Below, piece by piece: positions 20,304 through 30,629 of a stretch of 64,000 nucleotides of DNA. The notes beneath the pieces are model-generated. The model was not told where the DNA came from, searched no databases, and saw only the letters and a list, made by a program, of their open reading frames with translations. Positions within the stretch are counted from its first letter, which is position 1, and every line of letters starts with the position of its first letter. The DNA lies in the IMG/VR virus record IMGVR_UViG_3300024261_001362, positions 32,706-96,705 of that record; one strand, given 5' to 3'. The position numbers and the translations under genes are program-made. Source of the DNA: a virus.

Positions 20304-21298
20304 GACCGACCCGTTCTATATACTTGTGTGAATAAAGAATTCCAATTTTCAATAAATTTTTCTTCAGAAAATAGTGCTAATATTGTACCTCTAGCTTCAG
20401 CACCCATTTTGTTTCTCAATTCTTCATCTTCCAGTAGTTGCTTACAATATCCTCTAAGCTCATTTTCATCATTAGACATAAATCCATTTACGCCATTTTT
20501 TATTACATTTGGTATTTCACATGTCGCTGTTGTTACTACTGCACAACCACAAGCCATTGCTTCTAATAATACTGTAGGAATAGGACTATAAGTTGACGTA
20601 TTTAGAAATACTTGAGAGCTGTTGTACTCTTGAACTAATTCTTCAACCGAAGAAGTAGGCTCACTCAATCCTTCTGTTTTACCAACAATTCTTGTTGGAA
20701 ATTCTTTACCTTCATTAGTGATTCTAACATAACCCTGCCAATTACAACAATAATCTCTGTTAATCCAATCATTGACAATACTCAACACCTGCGGCTTTTT
20801 TTCTGTATGGTTTGGCTTGAATATATCTGTGTCAATTCCATGAGGAATTACAATAGACTCACCATTTATTGACCACTGCTCTTTAGAATAATCTGTAAGG
20901 AATACATTAAAATCACCAGTCATTTGTCTAAAATTATTGAGCTGTTCATTTGTAATGTTGATGGTTGGGACAGTACATTCCATAGAGATAATTGGAATCT
21001 TTAAAACATTAGCAATTTTATAAGCTGCTTGTAGATGTCCAAACTTACTATTAGCAAGTATGAAATCATAATCAATAGAAGACGGAAGGGAATTTTGAGG
21101 CATCATGTAGTAATTATTTGGCACTTCTGCGTATGATGCATCCCAAGTTTTCATACCTTCACCAATGAAACCGTAAAAATCATGGCCTGTTTTACAAAGG
21201 TCTGATTCAAATCGTTCATGTGTTGGAAAAGTAATTATATTGTATTTATCTTTATCATTAATTGATTGATTGATAAATTTACGAGTTTGTAGACTCAC
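20300..21298 (-). CDS. GT4-family glycosyltransferase
   Basis: HGIDTDIF and FLNTS..SPIPTVLLEAMACG motifs. Confidence 0.88.
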   Translation of the reverse strand: MSLQTRKFINQSINDKDKYNIITFPTHERFESDLCKTGHDFYGFIGEGMKTWDASYAEVPNNYYMMPQNSLPSSIDYDFILANSKFGHLQAAYKIANVLKIPIISMECTVPTINITNEQLNNFRQMTGDFNVFLTDYSKEQWSINGESIVIPHGIDTDIFKPNHTEKKPQVLSIVNDWINRDYCCNWQGYVRITNEGKEFPTRIVGKTEGLSEPTSSVEELVQEYNSSQVFLNTSTYSPIPTVLLEAMACGCAVVTTATCEIPNVIKNGVNGFMSNDENELRGYCKQLLEDEELRNKMGAEARGTILALFSEEKFIENWNSLFTQVYRTGRS

Positions 21299-22421
21299 TT
21301 AACAGTCCTTTCATTTGCTGACCAATATTCTCGTAAGAGAACAACTTAGTTTGTTCTAACCCAGCGAGTTTCCATTTTCTTTTAGTACCGACAGGATCTT
21401 GTTTATGTTCTTCGTATTTATTTCTCATAGCTTTCCGTGTCTGCATTTCACATGGTTGGAACCAGTACTCTCTACCTGTAAATAAATCTGGGAATGCTGC
21501 ATCAGAACATTTACAAACAGAGTAAGATCCACCAACCAGTGTGCCAGAATCTTCATTTATAAATTCTTTAGGTCCACCATAATCACTACAGATAGGACTA
21601 GAACCAAATCCCATAGCATCAAATGATGGCAATGACCATGCTTCCCCATGACTAGGACAAACAAAACAATCAGCATATTGGTGTAAGGCACAAATATGAT
21701 CGTCGTCTATATTATCTGAAATAATGATGTTTGTATGGTACTGAGATGGATGGGTATACATTCTAAGGTCTTGTTGTACCTTACCTATAATACCATCAAT
21801 TACTTCTTTACATTGATCAGGATTGTGTCCAAACTTTTTAACCTTTAGAATTAATGATACAGGTTCCGATCTATCAAATTCACTATGAAAACAAGTGATA
21901 ATTGATTCTAAATTTTTTCTGTCATTAATATCGCCAATATAATAAAACTTAAATGTGCCGTCTGGAATAGGCAAATTAAGCTCTTGATATTTTTTTGTAT
22001 ATCTAGATACAGAGCATGGATGTGGTACTACATGAATATCGGTAGTTATGCCATCATCAATGAGAGATTTTTTCAGATCATTGTTAGGCACCCATAATTC
22101 GTCCATCTGTTTTAATTGTTGTAACCAGCCAATATATTTAAGGCTTGTTGATTCTGAAACAAAATAGGCGATGTTCTTCTTAAAAGCTTTACCTCCAACT
22201 AAATGGTGAGGTAAAACATGTTGAATACAAATATCACATCCACTACTGTCCTTCTGTTCTAATTCAAGTAATCTGGGGTGTATATTAGGATTGTCTTGAG
22301 TCAGTGTGACGTTGCGACAAACAACATCGACTCCAGCATTATCCAGAGCTAATATATGTTCTTTTGCAGCAACTGACCATCCACTGCTTTCTTTGTAGTG
22401 TGCTATGTATAATACCTTCAT
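21279..22421 (-). CDS. GT4-family glycosyltransferase
   Basis: RKN, DCFVCPSHGEAWSLPSFDAMGFG. Confidence 0.87.
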   Translation of the reverse strand: MKVLYIAHYKESSGWSVAAKEHILALDNAGVDVVCRNVTLTQDNPNIHPRLLELEQKDSSGCDICIQHVLPHHLVGGKAFKKNIAYFVSESTSLKYIGWLQQLKQMDELWVPNNDLKKSLIDDGITTDIHVVPHPCSVSRYTKKYQELNLPIPDGTFKFYYIGDINDRKNLESIITCFHSEFDRSEPVSLILKVKKFGHNPDQCKEVIDGIIGKVQQDLRMYTHPSQYHTNIIISDNIDDDHICALHQYADCFVCPSHGEAWSLPSFDAMGFGSSPICSDYGGPKEFINEDSGTLVGGSYSVCKCSDAAFPDLFTGREYWFQPCEMQTRKAMRNKYEEHKQDPVGTKRKWKLAGLEQTKLFSYENIGQQMKGLLSESTNS

Positions 22422-22422
22422 A

Positions 22423-22971
22423 CTATTCCCTCATATCTATTATGCCGACTTGATTAGCTACATCATACATAGTAATATCTAAATCTGTAGGTATTAAGGT
22501 TCCTTTGATGGAATAATCATCAATAATGACTATAGCTTTCTGATCCTTGATTTTATTAAATTGATCTAAGGTTTCTTGTGGGTCATTACCTCCATCTAAG
22601 TAATAGATGTCGTATGTGTCATTATCTAAGTAATCTATTGCATCTCCATATTTTGCTTCTATTTTATAGCCTAATGATGATGCTGCAAAAATAGAGTGAC
22701 TCAAATTATCAAGATTTATGTCTGCAATAGTCAATTTGCCGCCATATTTTTCTACATATGGGCCAAAGATAGTGTCTGCCCATCCTGATCCAAGTCTCCA
22801 CGCTATTCTAAATGTTTCTATAGCACCAACTTGAAAGATTTTCACTGGTTTATTTTTAAATTGAGATAAAGTCCACTCAAATATAAAATCTCTGGTTGGA
22901 ACTTCTAATTTATTCTCTATATCACCATTCAACATAGCAACAGCAAAATCATATTCTGAATCATGTGCCAT
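22423..22971 (-). CDS. putative class I methyltransferase
   Basis: FQVGA, ADIN, GDAIDYL...YYLDG...IIDD. Confidence 0.65.
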   Translation of the reverse strand: MAHDSEYDFAVAMLNGDIENKLEVPTRDFIFEWTLSQFKNKPVKIFQVGAIETFRIAWRLGSGWADTIFGPYVEKYGGKLTIADINLDNLSHSIFAASSLGYKIEAKYGDAIDYLDNDTYDIYYLDGGNDPQETLDQFNKIKDQKAIVIIDDYSIKGTLIPTDLDITMYDVANQVGIIDMRE

Positions 22972-24658
22972 TAATAATACCTCTCTGTTTCATTGTGTCA
23001 AATCTCCTCTGTTCCCATTGATTTCTTCTATTGCATTGTCCTTTCATTTGGTCATATGCTATATTGAAATCAAATGATTCTCTAGCACCTGTTCCAGCAA
23101 ATGCTTGTGAAGATTCATTGAAGTACATACCACCAGTAGAGGCAGTTGAAGATTTATACATTAAATCTCTTGTCAATCTGGCTTCAAAGAAGGTATTAAG
23201 TTTTGATGGATCACCTAAGACTTCAACAATCAACCATCGAGCAAGTTCTGCGTGGGGGATTTGTGGGGCTTGTTCTGGTTTTGGTTTGGACTCATGTATC
23301 TTAGGTTGTGAGGCCCATGTAGCTTCAATTGGTAGTAATTCAACACTATCAAAATATGCTTCCCACTTAGCTCCACTTAAATGCCACTGATAATGCTTTT
23401 CAAAATTCTCTCTTGTTTTTTGACCTATAGCAGCTCTTTCATCATCACTTTTCTCAAAGAATTCTTCAAACATTTGTGCTGCCAAATCGTTATCTGGAAC
23501 TGCTCTTAAGCAACCAGTTTCCAACTCCTTATAAAGAGCGGCTGGCTTAATAGGAAAGCCTTCAAGCTTACGAAGTACTGATTCCATAGCAGAATAATCT
23601 GTACCCATAACGGGAACACCACAAGCAGCAGCTTCAACTTGCGGTAAACCAAATCCTTCACAATTTGCATACTGCACATAAAGATCAAAATAATTCATTA
23701 TCTGTGATAGATCTTCATACGAAGCACCATTTTTCACATTTGATAATGTAGCTCCCCACTTCTTAGTATAAGGGGATTGGGCGATGGCACCTTTGAAGAC
23801 AGATGGGAATGGCTTCTTTGTGTCAGGACATATGTACGTAAATAGTACATGAGAAGCCAACTCATACTGCTGAAGCAATTCTGGAATATCCCATCCTAAA
23901 TCTGGATAGGAAGTATGACAATACAAATAGCATGGGTCTGTATAGCCCTTGGCTCTTTGTAAATCTAAAAACTTCCTAAACGCAGCAAAAAGATCCGGGT
24001 ATAATTTCCTCCGTTGATTCCGCATCACTGTGCCGATAATCTTAGAACTAACATCTAGACCATTTTCTAGTCTGAGTTGACGTTTGTCCTCAAAAGGCTT
24101 ATAAGCCGGGTGTGCGGATGGAGGAGCACTGCCAAGATAATTAATCTTTCCTCCGGACTGATCTTCTAAGATACCACCTGCCCAATCCGAATATGTAAAA
24201 CATGCATCGGCATTTTCATAACTAGCAATCCATTGTCTAGCTTGTGGCCTTGCGTCTACTGTAGGCATAATAGCCCACTTAAAATAATTCCTGAAAGGAG
24301 ATCTTTCAGCGAAATCTAACATCCAAAAATCTCGGATGTCACAAACAACATCTGGTAAAAAATCTAAACATACATGTTCAAATATCCACTCACCAAATTG
24401 ATTGACTCCATTAGAATTATATCCATCTATTTCTTGTTGAGATGCTTTAGGTTCTGACTGTTGGTTTGGCATGACGCCATAATATGTCCAAGGAATATTA
24501 GCTGCACGAGAATCATTACGCTCACCGTAAGAAGCCATCTCTGCAATTTCATACTTACCTGTGCCGTGTAGGTAATTCAATATTTCTCTTGTGTATGTAG
24601 CATAACCAGTATTTAAAAATGTGGCTTCACTACAAAACAAAATTCTTTTTTTTCTCAT
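22961..24658 (-). CDS. large GT4-family glycosyltransferase
   Basis: TGYA, RNQRRK and EGFGLPQVEAAACGVP; probable start ATG 24658. Confidence 0.87.
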   Translation of the reverse strand: MRKKRILFCSEATFLNTGYATYTREILNYLHGTGKYEIAEMASYGERNDSRAANIPWTYYGVMPNQQSEPKASQQEIDGYNSNGVNQFGEWIFEHVCLDFLPDVVCDIRDFWMLDFAERSPFRNYFKWAIMPTVDARPQARQWIASYENADACFTYSDWAGGILEDQSGGKINYLGSAPPSAHPAYKPFEDKRQLRLENGLDVSSKIIGTVMRNQRRKLYPDLFAAFRKFLDLQRAKGYTDPCYLYCHTSYPDLGWDIPELLQQYELASHVLFTYICPDTKKPFPSVFKGAIAQSPYTKKWGATLSNVKNGASYEDLSQIMNYFDLYVQYANCEGFGLPQVEAAACGVPVMGTDYSAMESVLRKLEGFPIKPAALYKELETGCLRAVPDNDLAAQMFEEFFEKSDDERAAIGQKTRENFEKHYQWHLSGAKWEAYFDSVELLPIEATWASQPKIHESKPKPEQAPQIPHAELARWLIVEVLGDPSKLNTFFEARLTRDLMYKSSTASTGGMYFNESSQAFAGTGARESFDFNIAYDQMKGQCNRRNQWEQRRFDTMKQRGIINGT

Positions 24659-24660
24659 GT

Positions 24661-24972
24661 TCAATCCTGATCCAGACACGCAAAGTCAAATTCATTAATT
24701 CTAAATACTACAAAATCATCATCTCCTGAAGCATGTTTAGCGGAACAAGTAACAGTAATCTTTGTTCCTTTTCTTCCGAGTTTGGCAATTGTTTCTGCAC
24801 CCGTGTGCCATGCTTCGCAATCAAGATATACAGGAGTCCTATTCTTTTCCCCGGTACTCTTGCTTCTTCTATAGTTATAAACCACGATCCTCAGATCTAA
24901 AAAGCTAACACCATCGACGCTTTCTAAAACTGGATCATCAATCATATATCCTGTAAATGTACATATATTCAT
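24661..24972 (-). CDS. single-stranded DNA-binding protein (OB fold, no acidic tail)
   Basis: MNICTFTG...DP, LDCEAW..GAE.I....KG pattern of SSB. Confidence 0.72.
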   Translation of the reverse strand: MNICTFTGYMIDDPVLESVDGVSFLDLRIVVYNYRRSKSTGEKNRTPVYLDCEAWHTGAETIAKLGRKGTKITVTCSAKHASGDDDFVVFRINEFDFACLDQD

Positions 24973-25017
24973 ATCCACCCCTTAATCTATTATAGATCTC
25001 AAATCGTCAATTGACTT

Positions 25018-26589
25018 TTAAATTTCGTGAATTTTGTCAATAATAAAAGAATTATCTTTATTATCTACTTTCCCATGAAACAGAAGGTTATTTCCCTCAT
25101 AAAGTATAAACTGATACTTGTCTCTTGCTTCTGGAAATACAATGACATTATCTATTGAGCAAGATTCATCTTCTATACTTAAGAAAGACATTGTTTTACC
25201 TTCTGATTTACCCTTTTTGATTGTATGGTTATTAAGTCTATTAATATTTGCCGCGATAGAAATATCTTTACCAGTTTTCCCGTTAAGAATATCTTTGCAG
25301 CTTGTATTACCCAAGGATGTATCAGACGACTCTACTTTAGATAGTGATATCGGACATCCCAAGAATTTTATTTCTTGTTCTATAATCCAACTTGGATCAT
25401 CCGCTAAATCATATGGAGGATTTATAAGAAGTTCAATTTCACCCTCAACGATCTGGCTTCTGTTCATATTATGACATCCGCCACCATTCTTTTTTGTAGG
25501 ATGTAACTCCTTAAAACATTGACTTACAGTCTTCCAGTGTTTTTTCTCATAATTTGTAGTTACCCACTTCATCTCTGACTTAGTTAATTCTTTATAGATC
25601 AGATACTCATACAATGCCTTGTTTCTTGATACTCCAGTGGATTTTATAGAGAAAAACCCAATAGAACATAAAGATTTAAATGCAGTAGAATTTATTTTAT
25701 TAGATATATAAACAAGAACATCCATCCAAGTGAATTCTTTTACAGATTTTCCACTTTCTTCTTCAGCTTCTTTTATAGCCTCAATAACTTTATCGCCTGT
25801 AACACCCGTTAAAGATTTGATATCTTTGATTCCAAAGTAAATATATTTTCCATCTATATTGAACTTCTTATCAAATTTTGATAGATTAGGTAACTTGACT
25901 TCAATATCAAACAACTTAGCTTCTGAAATAAGCTCATATACTTCTTCATGAGGATCTTGTTTTTCTGAAGCATAAAACAGATATGATAGGAAGAATTCTT
26001 TAGTATAATTTGCTTTATACCAAGCACTTTCATAAGCATTAATGGCATATGATACAGCGTGGGATTTATTAAATGAATATCGTGCGGACTTTTCAATCCA
26101 TCCAAAAATCTCCTTGGCAGATTCTTCACTAACCATACCCACTTCTCTACATCCGTCAATAAACTTGACGCGAATCTTCGCCATCAAGTCTGCCTTCTTC
26201 TTACCAATAGCCTTACGGAGGTCGTCAGCTTGCTGTAAATCAAATCCAGCGAGTTTCTGTGCTATCCTCATAGCTTGCTCTTGATAGACCAGAACACCAT
26301 AAGTAGGACCAAGGATACTTTCTAATGCATTATCAATATATGAAACTTCATCCTTGCCATTTTTACGATCAACATAGTGTTGAGTCATAGATTTACCCTC
26401 AGACATAGCCTTTAGGGTGCCAGGACGAATAATACTAATGAGTGCTGATAATTCCTCAATATTACTTGGCTCTAATCGTTTAGACCATGATCGTCCAAGC
26501 TGGCTTTCTAACTGAAAAATCCCCTTGGTGTATCCATCCTTAAATAGATTCCAAGTTTTTTCATCTTTGTAATCGACTTTAATTGACAT
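25018..26589 (-). CDS. dnaE: DNA polymerase III alpha, C-terminal half (fingers, HhH, OB)
   Basis: GIFQLES, IRPG, TYGVLVYQEQ, ADDLRKAIGKK, YSFNKSHAVSYA, MSFLSIEDE; GGAGA RBS precedes ATG 26589. Confidence 0.93.
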   Translation of the reverse strand: MSIKVDYKDEKTWNLFKDGYTKGIFQLESQLGRSWSKRLEPSNIEELSALISIIRPGTLKAMSEGKSMTQHYVDRKNGKDEVSYIDNALESILGPTYGVLVYQEQAMRIAQKLAGFDLQQADDLRKAIGKKKADLMAKIRVKFIDGCREVGMVSEESAKEIFGWIEKSARYSFNKSHAVSYAINAYESAWYKANYTKEFFLSYLFYASEKQDPHEEVYELISEAKLFDIEVKLPNLSKFDKKFNIDGKYIYFGIKDIKSLTGVTGDKVIEAIKEAEEESGKSVKEFTWMDVLVYISNKINSTAFKSLCSIGFFSIKSTGVSRNKALYEYLIYKELTKSEMKWVTTNYEKKHWKTVSQCFKELHPTKKNGGGCHNMNRSQIVEGEIELLINPPYDLADDPSWIIEQEIKFLGCPISLSKVESSDTSLGNTSCKDILNGKTGKDISIAANINRLNNHTIKKGKSEGKTMSFLSIEDESCSIDNVIVFPEARDKYQFILYEGNNLLFHGKVDNKDNSFIIDKIHEI

Positions 26590-27259
26590 ACAGGTCTCCA
26601 TCGGCAAATGCTTGTTCAATCTTTAAATTACGATAGACAGCACGGTGAGTTTTCATAAATTTAATCATAATATTAGCAGTATCCTTTACGTCCTGCAAGG
26701 CATCATGAGCATTATCTGAAGAAAGTCCCATTCTTTCTCTCATTGAATCCATACTAATCGACTTAATATTAGGATCACCCTCTGTCCACATCCACACATT
26801 ATCCATTACATCAATCTTATATACCATACTAAACAACTTCTGTTGTTCTCTTTTGTCATCCCACGGGCCAAATTCTTTACATAATCTATTGATGATATGC
26901 ATATCATATCCAATAATATTGAATCCCGCTGGAATAGGTGCAAAGAATGGTGTTCCCTTCCAGTTATACTTATCAACAAAGGCACAAAACTTTTTCCATA
27001 CAGTCTTTAGTTGAGGTGCTTTAGCAATACCTTCCCTAGTCTTACCAGTAACCTTTAGGGCACCTTCCTCAATAGGACCAAGACCAGCGGCAATAGCTTT
27101 GTCATCATCTACAACTGCACGTATCTCACTATTAAATTTTCCTTTCAATTTAAAGTTACGACCATCAAGTGCAATGGCAGCGAGTTGTGTTGGCTGACAA
27201 GTATGTGGATTACGTCCACCCGTCTCAAAATCGAAAACCACGATATCTCTTGAAGCCAT
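26579..27259 (-). CDS. DEDDh 3'-5' exonuclease (DnaQ/epsilon-like)
   Basis: FDFETGG, GFNIIGYD, HDALQD. Confidence 0.9.
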   Translation of the reverse strand: MASRDIVVFDFETGGRNPHTCQPTQLAAIALDGRNFKLKGKFNSEIRAVVDDDKAIAAGLGPIEEGALKVTGKTREGIAKAPQLKTVWKKFCAFVDKYNWKGTPFFAPIPAGFNIIGYDMHIINRLCKEFGPWDDKREQQKLFSMVYKIDVMDNVWMWTEGDPNIKSISMDSMRERMGLSSDNAHDALQDVKDTANIMIKFMKTHRAVYRNLKIEQAFADGDLYVN

Positions 27260-27261
27260 AG

Positions 27262-27867
27262 TTATTTCCTTTCCAAATGAGAATAAGTCTTCATTATTTT
27301 CTGTCCTTTGTTCTGATAGGTAACTGCTTCACAGAAATCAAGAAATTCCTGATGTGTCATATTTCCTTTCATCACATTAATACGTTTATGTACCCACTGT
27401 ACATTTCCTTCAATGTAGCCCAGAGAGCTATCAATTCTATCTATAGACGCGGTATAATCACCATTGATATGTTCTATATTATCACGAGATAAGAATATTT
27501 CAATACCACTATAAGCACATTTTCTTTCTTGTTGGATAAAAATATCCCAAAGGTACTCATAACTGACAGAAAATTCTAATCCTCTTTTTTTCGCACCCGC
27601 CTTTACTCTTGCTAGAAAGGCACCCTGCATTTCCTTGTATCCAGTGAATCTGGGGTTATCAGGACCGCTTAAATAGCAGGCTTTTCTCCTGAATTCTATC
27701 CCATTATTCTTGAGGATTTTCTGGATCTTCTTGGGGTAACTTCCCACTTCCGTGGCAATAGTTCTTACTTTCATACCATTTTCATACATTTCTATGATCT
27801 GATCCTCGTCCAAGTTATGATTAAACTTTTTACTTGGCAGGAATCTGCCGCTTTCACTACGTTTCAT
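27262..27867 (-). mobile_element. free-standing HNH homing endonuclease with N-terminal HTH
   Basis: CAYSG...ASIDRIDSSLGYIEGNVQWVHKRINVMK; AGGAGA RBS before ATG 27867. Confidence 0.85.
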
Positions 27868-27903
27868 TTTTGTCTCCTTGAGTATAAGTACCAGTTGTAA
27901 GAT

Positions 27904-27912
27904 ATTATACAC
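27904..27912 (-). promoter_or_regulatory. GTGTATAAT putative phage promoter (HNH gene)
   Basis: Same 9-mer at 49033-49041 and 52520-52528. Confidence 0.55.
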
Positions 27913-27934
27913 AATTTGACTTTAAAACTCGCTG

Positions 27935-29578
27935 TTATGCACTGGCTCCAATTAATTCTTTGATTTTCATAAGTTTGTCCAAGAGATTAATCCCAAGAAC
28001 GTCAAATTTAACATGTCCTAGTGCTTCAAGATCAGCCATTTCAAGACCAGCAATCTTTTCATCACTGCTTTTTTGATTAACCATAGGACACACGAGGTTT
28101 AATTCTTCTTTTGATATTACAACCCCAGCAGCATGTTTGCCCTGAGTCTTAAACGTACCTTCCATATCGATAGCTTGTTGAAAGTACTCAGCATAATCAC
28201 CCTGTAATTTACCAGCATCATTAATAAAACAATAATCTCTAAGTTCATTAGAGTTATTAATCAGCGACCATTTAATAATAGACCTATCCTCATCATCCAT
28301 AGCAGCCAGTTGGTCTGAGATATCCGCTTCATTTGGAATACTTTTAGTCATTTCATTCATTAAACCAAAACCGCAAACACCACTAACTCTTAATACTTCT
28401 TTTAGTGCAGAGCGACCTTGTAATCTACCAAATGTCAACATCTGACTTACATTACCGTGACCATATGTCTCCTTTAGGTAATCGATAATATCATCCCTTT
28501 TGTTTCCGGGAACATCCATATCAATATCTGGTAAAGAAATGTGATCACCAGTATTTCTACCACTGTTGTAGAATCTCTCAAACAGTAAATCAAATTCAAT
28601 TGGATCAATCTTTGTTATACCAATCATGTACGAGATAAGACATCCAGCAGCAGAACCTCGACCCGGACCTGAGATCCAACCATTACTCTCTACAAAATGT
28701 ACAATATCCCTAACAATTAAGAAATAACCAAATAGTTTTGCCTCTTCAATAACACTAAATTCATGTAGGAATCGTTGATGATACTTATCCTTACTTGCTT
28801 GATCTTGTACTTTGTTTTGTTTAGCAAGTAGTGTTCGCCAACCATCACGACAAAGCTGCTTCAGGTACTCTTCTTCAGACTCACCACTTGGAGTTGGAAA
28901 TGTCGGTAGCATTGGCTTATTAAGAATATCATACTCTTCACATTTATTAGAGATGTCATGTACAACATTTGCATTTTCAGCATCATTCATCAGAATTTCA
29001 GAAAGTTCCTTAGTATCCCTCAAATAGAAATCATCACATTCAAAAAATTCTTGATTGTCAAAAAGTTCATCAGATCTTAACATCTCCCTTATTTTGGGCA
29101 TAGTAGTCTTCATGCCTGAACATAAGATAATTCTATGTAGTTCAGCGTGTTCTTTATTGGTGTAATATGTTGGCCGTAAACATTCTGACACCATATAAAA
29201 ATCATCACCCTGAATAGGTGAATTTGCTAAATTACTCGAAGTACAAACAAGGTTACCAGCTCTACATGCATCTTGAAGAATTCTTCCATCTGGATTACCA
29301 TCCTCAGTGATCGAAGAAACAATCTTAATGAGATCAAACCAGCCATCTTTATTTTTAGCAAACAATTCATAATTATCAAATGCACATCCAATGATAGGTT
29401 TTACATCATACTTGTGACAAGCCTGAAAGAAGGTGACTGCACCAGAGATGGATTTGTAATCACAAATACCACAGGCTTTATATCCATTCTCAGAACACTT
29501 CTTAACTAATTCATCTGGTTTGGAGAATCCTTTTAATAGTGAGTAATGAGTAAAATTTCTAAGTGGGAACCAATTCAT
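27935..29578 (-). CDS. dnaE: DNA polymerase III alpha, N-terminal half (PHP, palm, thumb)
   Basis: THYSLLKG, GPGRGSAAGCL, LLFERF, SLPDIDMD, GKHAAGVVI and KFDVLG, then a stop. Confidence 0.93.
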   Translation of the reverse strand: MNWFPLRNFTHYSLLKGFSKPDELVKKCSENGYKACGICDYKSISGAVTFFQACHKYDVKPIIGCAFDNYELFAKNKDGWFDLIKIVSSITEDGNPDGRILQDACRAGNLVCTSSNLANSPIQGDDFYMVSECLRPTYYTNKEHAELHRIILCSGMKTTMPKIREMLRSDELFDNQEFFECDDFYLRDTKELSEILMNDAENANVVHDISNKCEEYDILNKPMLPTFPTPSGESEEEYLKQLCRDGWRTLLAKQNKVQDQASKDKYHQRFLHEFSVIEEAKLFGYFLIVRDIVHFVESNGWISGPGRGSAAGCLISYMIGITKIDPIEFDLLFERFYNSGRNTGDHISLPDIDMDVPGNKRDDIIDYLKETYGHGNVSQMLTFGRLQGRSALKEVLRVSGVCGFGLMNEMTKSIPNEADISDQLAAMDDEDRSIIKWSLINNSNELRDYCFINDAGKLQGDYAEYFQQAIDMEGTFKTQGKHAAGVVISKEELNLVCPMVNQKSSDEKIAGLEMADLEALGHVKFDVLGINLLDKLMKIKELIGASA

Positions 29579-29588
29579 TTCCTATTCC

Positions 29589-30629
29589 TTAACCGGGAGC
29601 TTCGTAATATCCAATTGAAAAACCTTTTCGGGTACAATCCTTAACAGTCTTATCCATTCCATGTGTTTTTAAGTGATCATGTACATACTCACACATACTC
29701 TTGTCTGAGCCTTCCCATTTGTTTTTACAGAAATGGCATAGACTTTTACATTTGAAATGTTTTCTGTTTACATCTAGTAACTTGGGATTTTGATTATTCT
29801 TAATCTCTTCAAATCTGTCTTTCAGCATACCCAAAAATCTTGTTTCATCTGATTTATCAAATGCTAAACTAAATGGATATGGATCAATCTTACCATCTTT
29901 ATCCTTACAGAAAAAGATACTCATAATTCTATTTGGAAACTCTGGGTATAATTTAGAGATAGCATAGAAGTATAAAAGTAACTGAGGATCATTTTGCATC
30001 TTCTTATAGTCTTTGACTTCCATAGTAGCCCAGTCAAGTCTGCGACCAGTCTTCCAGTCAATCACTTCTATTGTATCATCACTTACTTTGGTTACAAGGT
30101 CAATTGTACCTTTTATTGCCAATTGTCCTTCAATCGTGGTGCCATCCGCAGCCTTAATTGAAATTTTAGCCCAATCTTCTTCAATTGGAATATCAAAATG
30201 GGGTTCTGGATGGTGAATATCTCTATTCCTTGGATCAAACTGACCATCATTATGATTCAGCATCAACCACGCTATCTTAGATATTTCTTTTCTATCGGCA
30301 GGTCGCCACGGGTGAACTGAATCTTTTTTGTATGCTTCAAGACTAAGATCACAAAGATCTTCTACTGTTTCATCTAAGTATAATTTATCTTTATGGATTT
30401 TAATTTTACCTGCAGCATCATCATCAACTAATAAGTACTTCTTTCTAGGATTGTCTTGTTGAAACTTTTTTAGTCCAGCAAGAATTTCCATAACTTTATG
30501 GACCATAGTGCCAAGTTCTGCCTTCTTACCAGAGGTAGACTGGTGACCAAGAACATAAGTCATAAAATACTGCATCTCACAGTATCGCCAATTGTTATAG
30601 CTGGAGCTTCTGAAATAACTTATTAACAT
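29589..30629 (-). CDS. PD-(D/E)XK nuclease (Cas4/AddB-like)
   Basis: N-terminal Cys, GTMVH, KGTIDLV, IDWKTG, QLLLY, C-terminal CKSLCHFC. Confidence 0.85.
   Translation of the reverse strand: MLISYFRSSSYNNWRYCEMQYFMTYVLGHQSTSGKKAELGTMVHKVMEILAGLKKFQQDNPRKKYLLVDDDAAGKIKIHKDKLYLDETVEDLCDLSLEAYKKDSVHPWRPADRKEISKIAWLMLNHNDGQFDPRNRDIHHPEPHFDIPIEEDWAKISIKAADGTTIEGQLAIKGTIDLVTKVSDDTIEVIDWKTGRRLDWATMEVKDYKKMQNDPQLLLYFYAISKLYPEFPNRIMSIFFCKDKDGKIDPYPFSLAFDKSDETRFLGMLKDRFEEIKNNQNPKLLDVNRKHFKCKSLCHFCKNKWEGSDKSMCEYVHDHLKTHGMDKTVKDCTRKGFSIGYYEAPG

Noticed and set aside
24989-25017. TTGACG and TATAAT upstream of the first SSB, with a GTCAATTGAC palindrome
   Set aside because: The spacer is only 10 nt, so it is not a canonical sigma70 promoter; function unsupported
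25018-29578. Split intein or group I intron as explanation for the dnaE split
   Set aside because: No intein terminal motifs or recognisable intron core; the insert holds a complete exonuclease gene and the C-half has its own RBS
29589-30629. CRISPR system suggested by the Cas4-like nuclease
   Set aside because: No repeat-spacer array or other cas gene is seen; the gene sits in the replication module
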